Below the pieces are notes generated by a model that was given only the letters and a program-made list of their open reading frames with translations, was not told the DNA's origin and made no database searches. Shown piece after piece: positions 39,041 to 52,130 of a stretch of DNA of 64,000 bases (its first letter is position 1; each line of letters starts with the position of its first letter). The stretch comes from Callorhinchus milii (taxonomy: Eukaryota), in the NCBI RefSeq assembly GCF_018977255.1, contig NW_024704742.1, positions 126,978,001 to 127,042,000 of the forward strand. Reading direction: 5' to 3'. Position numbers and translations under genes: made by a program.

Positions 39041-41162
39041 TTCTATCATATTATTTGTAATTTTCTTGGTATACAGGATTTGGAGCTACAATGGAAAACG
39101 GATATCTACACCATTGGAAAACAGTTGTGAAAACATTGCTGATATCAGGTCATCTTCTGAAGTCCTGTCCTGTAATATCTGCTCGATGTATAGGTATTTT
39201 TAATGGTAAGCATAGACATATGTGTGTTTGATATCAACCGACAAGAGAAAATATTCAGAATGTTCAGCAGATTGGAATACAGCACTTTAGCCCTGAATAA
39301 GAATTAAGCTGTTCGAGAGTTTTAGGATGATTATATACCTATAAGCTTTGGAACGACATTATAATCTGGGTAATAAAATACCATTTTGAAGGAAAATAGG
39401 TCAACCAAAATATTGTACTTCATTGTATTTAAAATCTACTGGAGGCAAGTGCAGATTTTATAGTGTGACAGGTCATCAAATAAATTCAAGGATACATTAA
39501 AGGATATTTAAAAATTATTGTTGGAAAAATCTCATGAAACTGATACAATTCTACTAATAATCTTGGCTCACAATCACTTTATGGTTGTTTGTGGGGACAC
39601 TGCTGTGCACAAATTGGCTGCCCCATTTGCCTAAAAAATACAGTCATGGCACTTTCCACTAAATCTTGTGAAACGCTTGGAGACATCGACAACATGATAT
39701 GGCACAATGTCAAAATTGTTATTATAGTTAACCCATCAGTGCAAAAACAGTCTTATTTAGGAAGCTGATTATCTTCAGTTCTTTTTAAAGACACCAGTTT
39801 CTAAATTGAGACTGAATTTAAGATTTTTCCAAAATTCTGCACAATGTTATTAAAGCTAAGAAATCTCAGGCCTCAGGAATCCTACTATGTTTATAGCTAA
39901 ATATACAGAAAAAAAAATAAAGAGATAACAAAAAAGACATCTGCGGGAAACATCTCAAACACAGTGGCATAATGAAATGAATGTTGACAGGATCCAATAT
40001 TCAAAACTTCTGGTTTCAAAATTGAATTACAATCAATTTAAACATGTTCAAATGTATCACACGGTGACAAATATTGCTCAACTTCAGCAACCACTGTGGC
40101 ATATCTTTTTAAACATTTGGAAAATACAGCTGGCTTCATATTGGAAGAGAACGATGTATCCATATTAGTGCGGCTTCAGACTGGAATTAAATTTGCACAT
40201 CAAGGGCTGCAGAGGCTTGAAAGCCAGTTCTGGCCCTTGTCCAAGCCATGCACTTACGGAAGGCCTTCTCAAAAGCAGGCAGGGATTTGATGTAAATTGA
40301 TTTTACTGGATTTATAACATGACAAATACTAACAGGACAGTGTGCTGATTGGACCAGAAGGCTGTGCATTTGTAATAGAATTAACAGTACATTGCCAAAA
40401 CAAGCAAAAGTGGTCTCCACTAGCCACGTATCTGTTCATTCAAGGTTTTAGTGCACAATTTCAGAAAACATAATGATAATATTTTCATTTGATATAGCAC
40501 CTTATTTTTTTTAAAAAAGTTTTAAATTTAGGATTTAATTTTAACTTAGAATTGGTACATTACACAGACTGAGCAGCGTTTAAAGTCAGGTATTGTAAGA
40601 ACTTGCATCAAAATAAACACCTGTACTGTTTAACCTGAATATTTGCTCCAGCAGTGTGACAACATAAAACATGTTGTTTTGTGGTACTAAATATGAAAAC
40701 GCATCACTCACTCGACTGTATATTGCTAATAGACTGCTTTGCTATTGCTAACCCTTCAAAACGTTATTTGTCTCCATAGCACTGTAATTTAATCTCCTAT
40801 TCACAATGTACAACACTTCTTGCAACAATCCATAATTTGATGTCTTTGACTTCATCTGTAGTCATTCAATTGCACAGGGATTTAGTAGTATCTATTAGTA
40901 TAGCTTTTATAAGCAAAGGGATAGACAAGCACCTACACACAGAGGCTATCTGCACGCTCTAAATCTCCAATGCCAAATTCAATGCCACAGAGATTATCAA
41001 GGATTATTTTCATCCACTGCAGAATTCAATAGTTTAGTTATCTCATTCTATTTCTTCTCTTACATTTTTAGGACTGATGAAATTCACCTACTTTTCATTG
41101 GGAGTACATAGATTAACCTTCAGCACCTCCAAATGCTAGAACACAGATGGAACATAGATGTC

Positions 41163-41410
41163 AGGCTGGCTCAGTTAGTCGTACTCTTCTTTCGAAATCA
41201 GAAGATAGCAAGTTCCAGACCCACATTAGGACCTTGTGTTCATCATCTGCTCTGACACTCCAATGCTGTCCTGGGAGTGTGCTATTTGGCCACAGATGCC
41301 GTCCTTCAGGTGAGATGTTAAACCGAGGTCCCATCTGCCTATTTAGGTGGATGTTAAAGATCCCATGTGCCGTTTGAAAAGAGAAGGAGTTCCTCCCAAT
41401 GTCCTGGCAA
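41163..41410 (+). mobile_element. SacSINE1-like SINE 5' part
   Basis: tggctcagttag...ctgacactcca...gatgttaaaccgaggtcccatctgcc...gtcctggc. Confidence 0.8.
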
Positions 41411-41492
41411 AAATCCCCCAGGTACCCAATATGTTGATACAAGCATCAGTTTTGTGGTTGTTTTCAGTAAAGGTATTTTGAACTCAGAGTAT

Positions 41493-42669
41493 CCTTGAGT
41501 GGTTTAGGTCGTACCTCTCCCACCGTCTTCACTTTGTTTCCACGAATGACTTTTTCTCCAGCCCCCGCACTGTCTCGTGTGGTGTCCCTCAGGCCTCTGT
41601 CCTCGGTCCCCTCCTCTTCACCCTCTATATGCTCCCCCTCGGTGACATCATCCGCAGACATGGGGTTAACTTCCACATGTATGCAGATGACACCCAACTC
41701 TACCTTTCCTCCTCTACCCTCAACTCCACGACCACCGATGTCCTGACAGCTGCCTGTCCGACATCGAGTCCTGGGCGAGAGACAACTTTCTTCAGCTCAA
41801 CGTGCGCAAAACTGAGGCCCTCCTGATTGGCTCACGTCAGCGCCTCCGCACCTCAGGCGCTGACAGCATCAGCATCCAAGGCTGCACTCTCCACATCTCA
41901 AAGGCAGTCAGGAACCTCGGCGTTCTGTTCGACTCTGAGCTGTCCTTTCTCCCTCATATCCACGCCACAACTGGCACCGCCTTCCATCACCTCCGGAATA
42001 TCGCCAGACTACGGCACTACCTCACCCCTCATGCTGCTGAAACTCTGGTCCACGCCTTTATCACCTCAAGGCTGGACTATGGGAACTCTCTCCTCACCGG
42101 CCTTCCCGGCACCTCCCTCCACAAGCTGCAGGTCATTCAGAACTCTGCAGCTCGTGTACTGTCCCGCACCAGGCTTCGGGACCACATCACTCCCACCCTC
42201 GCTCGCCTCCACTGGCTCCCCATCCCCCAGAGGATCGATTTCAAGATCCTCATCCTCACCTACAAGGCCATTCACGGCCTTGCTCCTTCCTACCTCTCTG
42301 ACCTACTATCCCCCTACCTACCTGCCCGTACCCTCCGTTCCTCTGGCTCCGGTCTGCTCCACATCCCCCGCCCCAACCACTCTACCATCGGTGGCCGGGC
42401 CTTCAGCCTCTCAGCCCCGAGGCTTTGGAACTCTATCCCCCAGTGCCTTCTCCGCTTCCTCCCTTTCCTCCTTCAAGGCCGGTCTCAAGACCTTTCTCTT
42501 TGACCGTGCCTTCAGCTCCCCTCTCAACTCTCTACCCCCTCCTCGCTCCCTCTCCTCCCTCCCCTCACCCTGACCATTTCCCCCCTGCTCGGGTCCTGAC
42601 CCAACTGTACAGCACCTTGGGACATCCTCCCGATGTGAAAGGCGCTCTCTAAATGAAATCTTGTTGTTG
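41493..42669 (+). mobile_element. L2 LINE, well-preserved RT C-terminal part
   Basis: [13 protein letters not shown] and the 233-aa ORF 41802..42503; tail ttgttgttg. Confidence 0.96.
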
Positions 42670-42689
42670 TATCCCATATCCTATATGTT

Positions 42690-42892
42690 GGATCTATTCA
42701 AATTTTCAACATTAAGGTGGATAGATTTTTTATTAATAATATAACAAAAAAAAGATTTTTATTATGTAACAGGTATCAAAGGATATGGGGCAAAGGTGGG
42801 TATTTGGAGTTAAGGTTCAGATAAGCCATGATCTAATAAAATGGCAGAACAGACTCAAGGGGCTGAATGGCCTATTCCTGTTCCGATGTTCC
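42690..42892 (+). mobile_element. CR1 3' terminal fragment
   Basis: gactcaaggggctgaatggcctattcctgttccgatgttcc. Confidence 0.85.
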
Positions 42893-43354
42893 ACGGATTC
42901 AAAACATATTAATTTGTGAATTAGATCAGTTACCAACCCACTGAAAATACAAAGAATATACCAAAAATAGCTGTTACATAAACCCTGAATGAAATCAGAA
43001 ACTGGCAGATTCGGCAGACAGGACAAAAATCATAGTCATAATTTCTCACAAGTGAGCTGTTGGAAACCTATTTTCCCCCAAATGGGATTTTTCAAAAGTA
43101 ATGTTTCCATGAGCCAGATCTGAACATCCATAACAGAGAAGAGATTCTCCCTTGAGAAATCCTTAATCCGACTCAAGGGGCACTGCTCTGCTGTTGGCAC
43201 CCTGAAACAAGACTATAGCAATCTTGTTCCAAAAGCCAGCTTGTGCCTTGAAACCATGCAGGTTTGGAATATACTCCATAGTAAATCACTCATTAGAAGC
43301 AAAATGGAAGTGGCCAAATAAGTCAATACAACTTCTGAAGAGGCCAAACTTAGA

Positions 43355-43990
43355 CTTTTGTGATAAGATGTGTCAAAGCGCTTCATAGGTTTTACTGTGA
43401 AATACAGTGATAATTTTGCAGGCGAACGTGCAGCCAATTTGCACACAATAATGTTCCACAAACAGTCATGAAGTAAAAGAAATTTTTTTCTCATCTGGGG
43501 TTTTGTTGGCAGGACATCAGGAGGTTCTCCCTTCACTTTTCAAACAATGCCCATGGTATTGATAACATTCACTTTAACAAGCAGACGGGACCTCGATTCA
43601 CATGTCATTTCCAACAATGGAGCACTCCTCTTGCACAGTTTTGAAGTGTCAGTGTAAACCGTATCCAGAGCCCTATTGTAGAGCTTGAACCCACAAGTGA
43701 CTCATAGGGGAATGTGCTATAACAACAACTTGCATTGATAAGCGCACTTCATGTAGGGTAGTGTCTCGGAGCTCTTAACAGTAGCGAAGCCTGGGGCCAA
43801 GCCAGGGAGAGGTGACCGGAAGCACGGTCAAAGAGGAAGATCTTTAGGCCTGATCTGAAAATTGGGAAGGAAGGAGCAAGATGGAAGGATTGAAGGAGAG
43901 TGCCAAAGTTTCAAGGCACAGTGGCTCAAAGCACAGTCGTTGATGACGGAGCAGAGGGGATGAGGGAAAACAGGAGGCAGTAGATTGGGG
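43355..43990 (-). mobile_element. Deu-domain SINE (43355-43720) abutting an L2 3' end (43720-43990)
   Basis: gcagccaatttgcacac...ccacaaacag; aacaacaacttgcatt tail. Confidence 0.75.
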
Positions 43991-45099
43991 CTGCTCAGAG
44001 GACTGGCTGTGGTGTCCTCACGGCTCAGAGTTTTCCCCTCCCAGCTCCCCTTAAAGACAGTAGATAGATTGGGTTTGCGGGGTGTGGGGAGGCACTGAGC
44101 CCCCTTTAGCCCTAGCCAGCTACTGCTTATAACTACAGTACTTCCTACTGTGCTTGGTTTCCTCTTTGTTTGCCCGTGACCTTTTCTAGAACCACTATGG
44201 AATCTTGCCTGTGACCGAAGCTCCAGCCAGGAAACAATCTTTATAAAATAATGATCCCGGATGTTGAACTCAGATGTCAGTGACATCTTGGGCAGGTTTC
44301 ACAAAACCTGCAAATTGCAATTTAGCATTAATAGCAGCTTTATAATATAATGAAGAAGTTAACAACTCCCAGTGTTTACAAGGATCTATAAGGTATGGAA
44401 CTTATGCAATTTATAAAGCAATTACGTCTTTAAAAATACACATGTGGAAAACGTACAAAAAAAAAGATTCCCATGCAAATTGTAGAATTGAGGCCAGTTC
44501 AAAAAAGCTTACTGCTGCTGCGTTAGTTGTATTGCTTGAGATAAGGAACACAGTACGTTCTGAAACAAAACACACAAAATAGTGGTTTCATGACAATGCT
44601 ACCCATTTTTACTGGCTTTGTACCAAATTTCCATAAGATTTATGCCTTGCAATTTAACAAAAACAAAGGAGGGGATTTCAGTTGCCTTTCTTCTCTCCCC
44701 TTTCCCTCGAGGACATTTAATAGCAAACTTAGCAGCAGCATCATGCACATTAAGCGTGTGCAATTAACATCTATGCTTTCAAGCATTGTTATAAATCTGA
44801 GAGAAATGTTGCCATAGGTGCTCTTTTACCTGCTCTGTCAATCATGGTGATCTGGGCTTTGCCACATGTCTGTTTTGCAAAGCAGCTGCTGGATTGTAAT
44901 AAATACAGCATATTCAAAGTGCTGCTCAGAGCTGGGCCGCTGAAAGGTTTGCCCATTTAGTGCAACAATTGACAAAAAGGAAGAGACAAAGCAACTCCTG
45001 CTTATTTTGGAGAAAAATTAGAGTCCCAGCTTACACAAGTTCGGATCTCTGAGATTACCCTTGTGCTTTGAGTAGTTTCACAAACCAATTTTATCTTAC

Positions 45100-45160
45100 C
45101 TTGTTGAAAAGAAATTAACTAATAAATGATCAAAATGGCATGACCTACTTGCATTATTAG
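45100..45160 (-). CDS. Candidate 61-nt cassette exon (phase 1: xNNASRSCHFDHLLVNFFST)
   Basis: Acceptor cctctcgtttgtgtctcatctgtgtcgtaacag| and donor CAAG|GTAAGA; open only in phase 1; within a repeat-free block. Confidence 0.35.
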
Positions 45161-46597
45161 CTGTTACGACACAGATGAGACACAAACGAGAGGCAACTGA
45201 ATTGGTGAAGTTCTATTGTTATTTCCCTTTGCGCAAACATTGATATTAGAGTATTAAGATAGGTGTCCAGGTTGACTCATATTTCCTGTTTTAATAACTT
45301 ACACAAGGTATAATAAAAGCACAGTACCAATGTACACGCTGCTTAGAGATAATTCTACGTATTAAATTATTTATTAAATCAATTTAGAAGTCCAATTACA
45401 TTTAAAAAGAAGCATCACGATGCCAAGTGATGTTATTCAGTATGCTATAATAGCAACTTTGGTCCAATTTAGGAGCAGTTTTGTTTGAACAGGAGCATTT
45501 GTTTTCAAAGGGAAATGCTCAGAAGATGGTATATCATTCACATTTTCCAAATTGTTTGTTTAGAGACGATTTACATTGATCATCGGGATTCAGTCATAGA
45601 AATACTATATAAGGAGCACCAATTCAGAGTGAGACAACTCAGAAATATCCAACAACTACAACAACAAATTACATTTGTGTAGCGCCTTTCACGTCCCAAG
45701 GTGCTAAAACCCAGAGGCTGTTATACATATCCAGAGTGCTCTTTACAACACCACCTTGAATTTATATAGCACCCTTCAAGCGGGGTAGCGTCTCAAAGTG
45801 CTTAACAATGGAAGAGATTTAGTGACTGAAGGCATGGCTGATGATTGTGTGGTAGAGGGGTGAGGTTATGTAGTTGGTGAGTTAGTAAAAATATTCATGG
45901 ATATGGTGAGAACTGAAAAATTGGTTTAAATAAAGTGTGGCAAGCCTGAACAAGCCTACCCCTGCTAAAAGCCCAACAAGTTTGCACAAACGTAGACATT
46001 CAGAACAAATACAAATGTTCTGGTTAACGAGGATTAAGTCACCCAGCACAGTATGCATCTATATTTATCAAACGCAGAGAGAGTATTCATTTATCACTTA
46101 TTTATCATTTCACTGAAGGAGCTCTTTAAATGAAGATATACGGCTGATTTGTTTAATAGCCTCAGGTTACTACTCCCTCCCATTGGCATCCAAAAGGATT
46201 AAAGATCATTTGAGGTTAAACTTCAAAAAGACAAAATAGTTCAACACCAAGAGTTTCCCCCATTCCTTAAATTCAGCATTTTTTAAATGCTACAATCGTA
46301 TCAAACACAGCAAAATAAACCGAAAGAGTTGTTTTGTAATGCAACAGCAGTCACCGAGCATCGAGACTGGTTTAACATGTTTAATTAGGATTTACTATCC
46401 CTAGCAAGACAGGAAAACACCATTGTGTCCATCTGTCCAGTGCAACATTGAAGAATAGGTCATGTTAGTACTGTATATAGTAATTATACTGCTCACATTA
46501 ACAAAATTGTAAAAAAAAACTGTAAAAGACATACTGCTTGGTTTTTCGAAGTGTTCCAAATCACAACTGAGTTTGTTTTAAAAGTATTATTATTTGA

Positions 46598-47460
46598 ACA
46601 ACAACAACAAAATTACATTTGTATATTGCCTTTCACATCGGGAGGATGTCCCAAGGCGCTGGACAGTCAGAGGTACGGACCCAAGCTGGGGGTCAGGGTG
46701 GGGGAGAGTGGAGGGCAGAGGGGGAAGCAGGGAGATCGAAAGCGCGGTCGAAGGAGGGTCTTGAGGTGAGTCTTGAAGGTGGCAAGAGAGGGGGCGAGAC
46801 AGAGGAACTGCAGGATGGAGTTCCAGAGGGTAGGTACCGAGTAGCGGAAGGCCTGCCCGCCAATAGTGGGGTGAGAAAGGGGGACGTGAAGCAGGCCGGA
46901 GCCCGCTGAGCGGAGGGAAGCCAGAGAGGTGGGGGGGAACAAGATCGTGGAGAGCTTTGAAGGTGAGGACCAGGATCTTCAACTGTATCCTCTGTGTGTT
47001 GGGAAGCCACTGGAATTGGGCGAGGATGAGGGTGATAGGGTCGCGGAGCTTAGTGCAGGAGAGGACACGGGCTGCAGAGTTCTGGATGATCTGCAGCCTG
47101 CGGAGGAAGCAGTTGGGAAGGCCGACAAGCAGTGAGTTTGCATAGTCAAGCCTAAATGTAATGAAGGCATGTATGAGGGTTTCGGCGGTCTGCAGTGTGA
47201 TTCAGTGTCGGAGCCAGGTGACGTTGTGGAGGTGGGAGAAGGCAGAGCGGATCATGGCGCAGATGTGGGGTAGAAAGGATCGTTGAGGGTCAAACAAGAC
47301 CCAAGGTTCTGGACTGGCTTAACAAGGTGGAGTGTGCAACCATGAATGAATGGTGATGCTGTCAGCACCTGAGATGAAGAGGCGCTGACAGGAGCCAATC
47401 AGAAGAGCCTTGGTCTTGTTGACGTTCAACTGAAGGAAATTCGCGCTCATCCAGGACTTG
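46598..47460 (-). mobile_element. L2 fragment
   Basis: KILVLTFKALHDL and FKTHLKTLL; (CAA)n tail. Confidence 0.92.
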
Positions 47461-48436
47461 GTTTGACGAGGGATATTGTGCATCAGTCATAGGGCTGTAA
47501 TTTTCACATGGATAATTTTGGGGGAAAATGATGCATCAGCTATATGAAACATCAAAAAGTCATGGATTACATGCTAAAACTTGTGAAAATGCCACACACA
47601 TTGTCGTAACTAAACTATGTATCTTTATTTTGCTATATTTCTGTAAAAACACAAAATTGTAGCAAATCAAACAAAACCAAAGTATCAAAGCTCTATCTAA
47701 AAAATGATACTGTTGGGAGTCCATAAAAGCCCAAAGAGCGCTATAACCCCGGGGTAGGCTCAGTTTGGCAGTGTTTCTGCATTCACCATCTTTTTGAGTC
47801 CATTGACACATCAAAACACCAGCTGGCGTGCAGGAAGCTAAAATGATCAATTTCGAGGTCATCAAGTCATGACCAACATACATCTCCTGCAACCTGATGG
47901 CTTGCAACTCAGACATTTTGACTTCCCACATGTCGGTCAGTGTTTTGAAACCTCAAGGTATTTTGGATATTTCTGAGTAAATATTGGGGTCCCATGTATC
48001 AGGTGATTGAAAAAAATGTTTTTAAATAAGGATATGTAAAAAAATACTATTGTGATCGTAAAAACAATTCATTCTCAGTGGCAATGACAACTTTGGATCC
48101 GAATTATCAGAGCCAGGAGAATGGAGGAAATGACAAATTTCATTTGGCCTCTTTTTTATTTTTATTCATTTGCTAGCTTGCCTTTCTGCTGACATACCTT
48201 AAAATGGTGGATTGTGTGACTCCCACAACAGAAATGCAGCCTTAATCATCAGTAACACAGGAATCATTGCATTGAGGCATTTATGCAATTGTTGTTATAG
48301 TGACAAGCAGTGCTGATAGTTTCCAGCTTGAAAAGGAAAACCCAAACACTTTCATGTAGTTTTAGAGCTTCAAAGAGTATTGTTACATCAGTTGAGAACA
48401 CAGATACATGGAAATAAAGTTATGCAGAAATCATAC

Positions 48437-48466
48437 CTGCAGGTCCACTGAGGCTGGCTTTCTTAA
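48437..48466 (-). CDS. Candidate 30-nt internal exon of an unidentified minus-strand gene (phase 1: xKKASLSGPA; phase 0: LRKPASVDLQ)
   Basis: Minus strand shows a CACTGAC branch point, a T-rich pyrimidine tract, TTTGCAG|TTAAGAAAGCCAGCCTCAGTGGACCTGCAG|GTATGA; frame-preserving length; in non-repeat DNA. Confidence 0.65.
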
Positions 48467-48889
48467 CTGCAAAGAAAAAAAAGAAAGTGTCAGTGCGGCA
48501 TAAGTACAGGTACAAGCTAATAGCTTTTAAAACTAAACCTCAACACCCAGAAATACTTCTTAAAGCTATGAGACAGGTTCCAATTTATTGTGAGCATAAT
48601 TCTATAAGGAAACCCTGTATAGGTAACCATTAGCACTCAAATATCATAGCAGAAACTAAAATCTGTCGGTAGGTAAAAATCACAAAGCGAGTCAAAGCAT
48701 TTCCAAGATGTCTCCAGAAAACTTGCTAAACTTACAGCAAGCTAACTATTTAGTAGCTGAGTTGGCAACTATAGTTATAACCGTTTTTATCCTTATTTCC
48801 ACACAGTCAAATATGGATGGGATTGGGGGGGCAGGGGGGATCAGGAAGTAAATGTAAATGGAAACACTCTCCACCAAATATGAAAATAA

Positions 48890-49430
48890 TCAACAACAAA
48901 ATGCATTTAATTGGCGCCTTTTGTGTCGAGAGAACATCCCAAGACAATCAGTCAGAGCAGCAGTGGTCCTAGAATTGAGGGTGGAGACGCAGAGAGAGAT
49001 AGAGCTGTGTGCCATCCGCATACCTGGGCTGTCAAGTTGGAGCATGTAAATATTAAAGAGGAGAAGACTAAAGATGGAGCCTCGACGATGCCGCATATCG
49101 GGAGAGAAGCCGATGGCAGATATGAAATGGAAATGTTGGGATAGGTAAGAATTAAACCAGGAAAGGACAGAACCGTGAGGGTGGAGCTGAGAGGGAAGGC
49201 GGTGGCGAAGGTTAGAATGGTTGACAATGTCAAAAGCAGCAGATAGAACAAGAAGGAAGAGGAGGCAAAGAGGGGCCTGATGGAGGCTTCATGCAGGGTG
49301 TGTAGGGAGAGGAGAGAGTAAAGCAACAACTCGTTCCAGTACCTTGGAGAAGAAAGAGACTGGGAGATGGGATGGTAGTTTGGGAATAAGGATGGGTAAA
49401 GGGAAGGTTTTTTGAGGGGGTTGTTATGAC
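48890..49430 (-). mobile_element. Degraded, internally deleted L2
   Basis: LLLFNIYML and YPSLFPNYHPIS remnants; tail at 48890. Confidence 0.7.
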
Positions 49431-50104
49431 ACTCACATAAAACTGAAAAACAACTCAGCACAAACCAGCTTGTCACGATGTGAACAATAACAAAAAAGGT
49501 ACGACATCACAGAAAGTGGGAAATTACTTTTGGTGACAGATTTTATCCAACAAAAAGCTGCTAAGATTCATACATTAAATGCATTAGAGTAGATGTTTTG
49601 CGGCTCGGTGGAATTACAATAAAGTCTCATATCAAAATGAATCAAAGCATCAGCTGCAAGGAACAAAGAGAAACACGAAGAGATAATAAATGATTTGTTG
49701 GGTATACAGTTTTCATGGCATATGAAATGCGAAGGTTCAGTCCTTTTAGTGAATGGAAATACTATTGTTTTAAACTTGCTGCACCCCAGCATTAAACAGG
49801 TTTCCATAGTGCACACCATTCTGAAACCCATCATTCAGGGTTATTGCAACTCACAGATCTGACCTCCAATCTCTACCCCTAGGTAATATGATTGATTGAC
49901 AGGCACAAAGGGCTGAAAAGCTAAGGTCAGTTTTCCAGGTACTTTTGCAGGCCATCAACACGCCTCCCAAATTAAAACATTTGAGACAAACCACTCCCGC
50001 TCTTTAACTTAAAAATGCTGGATTCAGTGCAATGTACTGCAGAATTACACAGCTGTCTGCTTACATTGGTCTGCTTAAGGTTGATACTCCAACTCCTTTT
50101 GTGT

Positions 50105-50196
50105 CATACACACAAAACCAAAGCTTACAGTTTGTAGCAATCCATTTATTGAAGGACTGCCATCGTAATGAAAGCATATTTCATTAAACCTTTATT
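50105..50196 (-). promoter_or_regulatory. Putative polyadenylation signal
   Basis: AATAAA at 50191-50196 and 50145-50150 (minus strand); TTTGGTTTTGTGTGT about 20 nt downstream of the second. Confidence 0.4.
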
Positions 50197-50252
50197 CACT
50201 TAAATTCACGCCACACGATTGCATCCCAGGCATGACATTTATATTGACATCT

Positions 50253-50275
50253 TCAGATTTTCTGGTCTTCCTCTT
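50253..50275 (-). CDS. Candidate short alternative terminal exon (phase 1: xEEDQKI*)
   Basis: Weak acceptor ttcaaacgcag|AAGAGGAAGACCAGAAAATCTGA, followed on the minus strand by two AATAAA and a GU-rich element. Confidence 0.25.
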
Positions 50276-50869
50276 CTGCGTTTGAATTGTTGATTAAAAA
50301 CGTTTTCTTGAGGGCAAACCCATCAACAAGTTTGTTTCCAAACATGTCAGAGAACAAGCTGATGGGAGACAGAGAATTGAATCCAGCAGACAGCAGAGTT
50401 TCAAATCTATTTGAAGCAAAAACTTCAATACAACCTAATTGCATTCTATTCAGCTGAGCAGTAAATAATGAGTGATTGCTATATCAATAGGGTCAAATGA
50501 CACAAACTTTATTTTTAAACCAACATTGTTAAACGTTTGGTGCTCTGTAATATGAATTACTGCATTATCGATTTACTTGAATTTTTTCACCCTCTTGAGT
50601 TTACAGCTCCCCAGGGTGAAAATTAGTTTAGCCTGCCAAATGCATAAAGGTTCACTCTTTTAATGAATAGATTACCCACACTTTTGACTGACCTCAATTA
50701 TTCCACTATAACCTTTTAATCTGCCAACTTCTCCCATGTGGAAAAGGTGGATTTGAACAGCGGAAAGAAGTATTTAAACAGGGAAGACTGGAATAGAGTA
50801 ACAGAGGAAAAACTTAACATTAATTAAAAACTAATACTTTATGCAAGAGAAAGGGACAAAACAGTTAAC

Positions 50870-52130
50870 TATACTTATCAGTTATGGGCAACTTACTTGA
50901 AACCATTATCAGACACAAAATAACTGAGCATTTGGATAAATGTCAATTGATCAGAATGATCGATCATGATTTTGTAAAGGTTAGGACATGTCTGACGAAC
51001 CTAATGCTGTAGAGATTTGTTTTATACATACTACTGAAGTGTAGATAAAGGCAAATTGATGGATGTAAATTATATGAATTTTCAGAAGTCATTTCATCAG
51101 GTGTCACATAATATACTCCTAGCTCCAAGTAAAACAAGAAGTATGTATGGAAAATTGATTAAAGATAGGAGGCAAAGAGTTACAGTTAGGAGACATCAAT
51201 GAATGTTTCTTTCCTAGGTATCAATGCTGGCACCCCAAATTTTCTCTCAATATATAAATTACCTAATAATAATAATCCTTGCATTTGATATAGTGCCTTA
51301 TCACGTCTTCTGAGATATCTGAAACACTTCACAGAATACACTGTAGAATGAATTAACTCTAATATTTTTTGGGCGAAATGCAGCAACCAATTGCGCGCAG
51401 ATGTGTCCCAAAAGGAACCCTTGAAAAAAGACCTGCCAATCGACTAACAACTGGTTTGCTATTTACTGCTAGGTAAACAAAGCCGTGTGGAGTAAGGAAA
51501 CTTGCCCAACATTTTGCCCTGCCCAGGAAATGAATCCAAGGAATTGCTTGCGAGGCAAGTGCTCCTACCACTAAGCTACAGGACTAATAGAGGGGAAAAT
51601 ATCCCCATTTGCTGACACTAATTTATGAATTGTAATAAACTGAGGAGAGCAGAACCTTGCAGAAGGACAGACTAAAATTAAGAAAGTCGGTGGAAAAAGA
51701 GATCGAGTTCAATGTAGCAAAATGTGATGTTGGGCACAAGAATGGTACACATCTAAAATCACTGGGTGCGGGGGATTAACTGATGAAAGTATTCAAAGGG
51801 TCAGTGAGTACACAATGATAATAACAATAAATTACATTTGTATAGCGCCTTTCACACCTGGAGGATGTCCACAATTCATTAAATGTTAGTTCACCGGTGC
51901 AGAAAGATACAAAACAAGGGATACACAATCTTAAAATTAGACCAAACCAGTTGGAAAGAAGATCAGAAAATATTTCTCCACATAAAAAATTGTGAGAGTG
52001 TGAAATGTATGGCTACAAAAAAAACATAAATGCTGATCAATGGAATGGGATGTTTAACACAGAGAAGGGAAAGATACTTATATTTCTGGATAATCTGGGG
52101 TTTATGGGAGGTCAAGCAAGCAGCGCTAGC
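50870..52130 (+). mobile_element. Old degraded CR1, interrupted by a SINE and an L2 tail
   Basis: catgtctgacgaacctaat, gatgtaaattatatgaattttcagaag and gagttcaatgtagcaaaatgtga remnants. Confidence 0.7.
51264..51585 (-). mobile_element. (ATT)n SINE, long form with head
   Basis: Reverse complement agtcctgtagcttagtggtaggagc...tgtttacctagcagtaaatag...tail. Confidence 0.88.

Noticed and set aside
41802..42573. Long ORFs of 200+ aa here and at 27972-28708, 32058-32699 and 33392-34081 as host genes
   Set aside because: They are L2 ORF2 C-terminal fragments or alternative frames of C-rich L2 sequence; no endonuclease or complete RT
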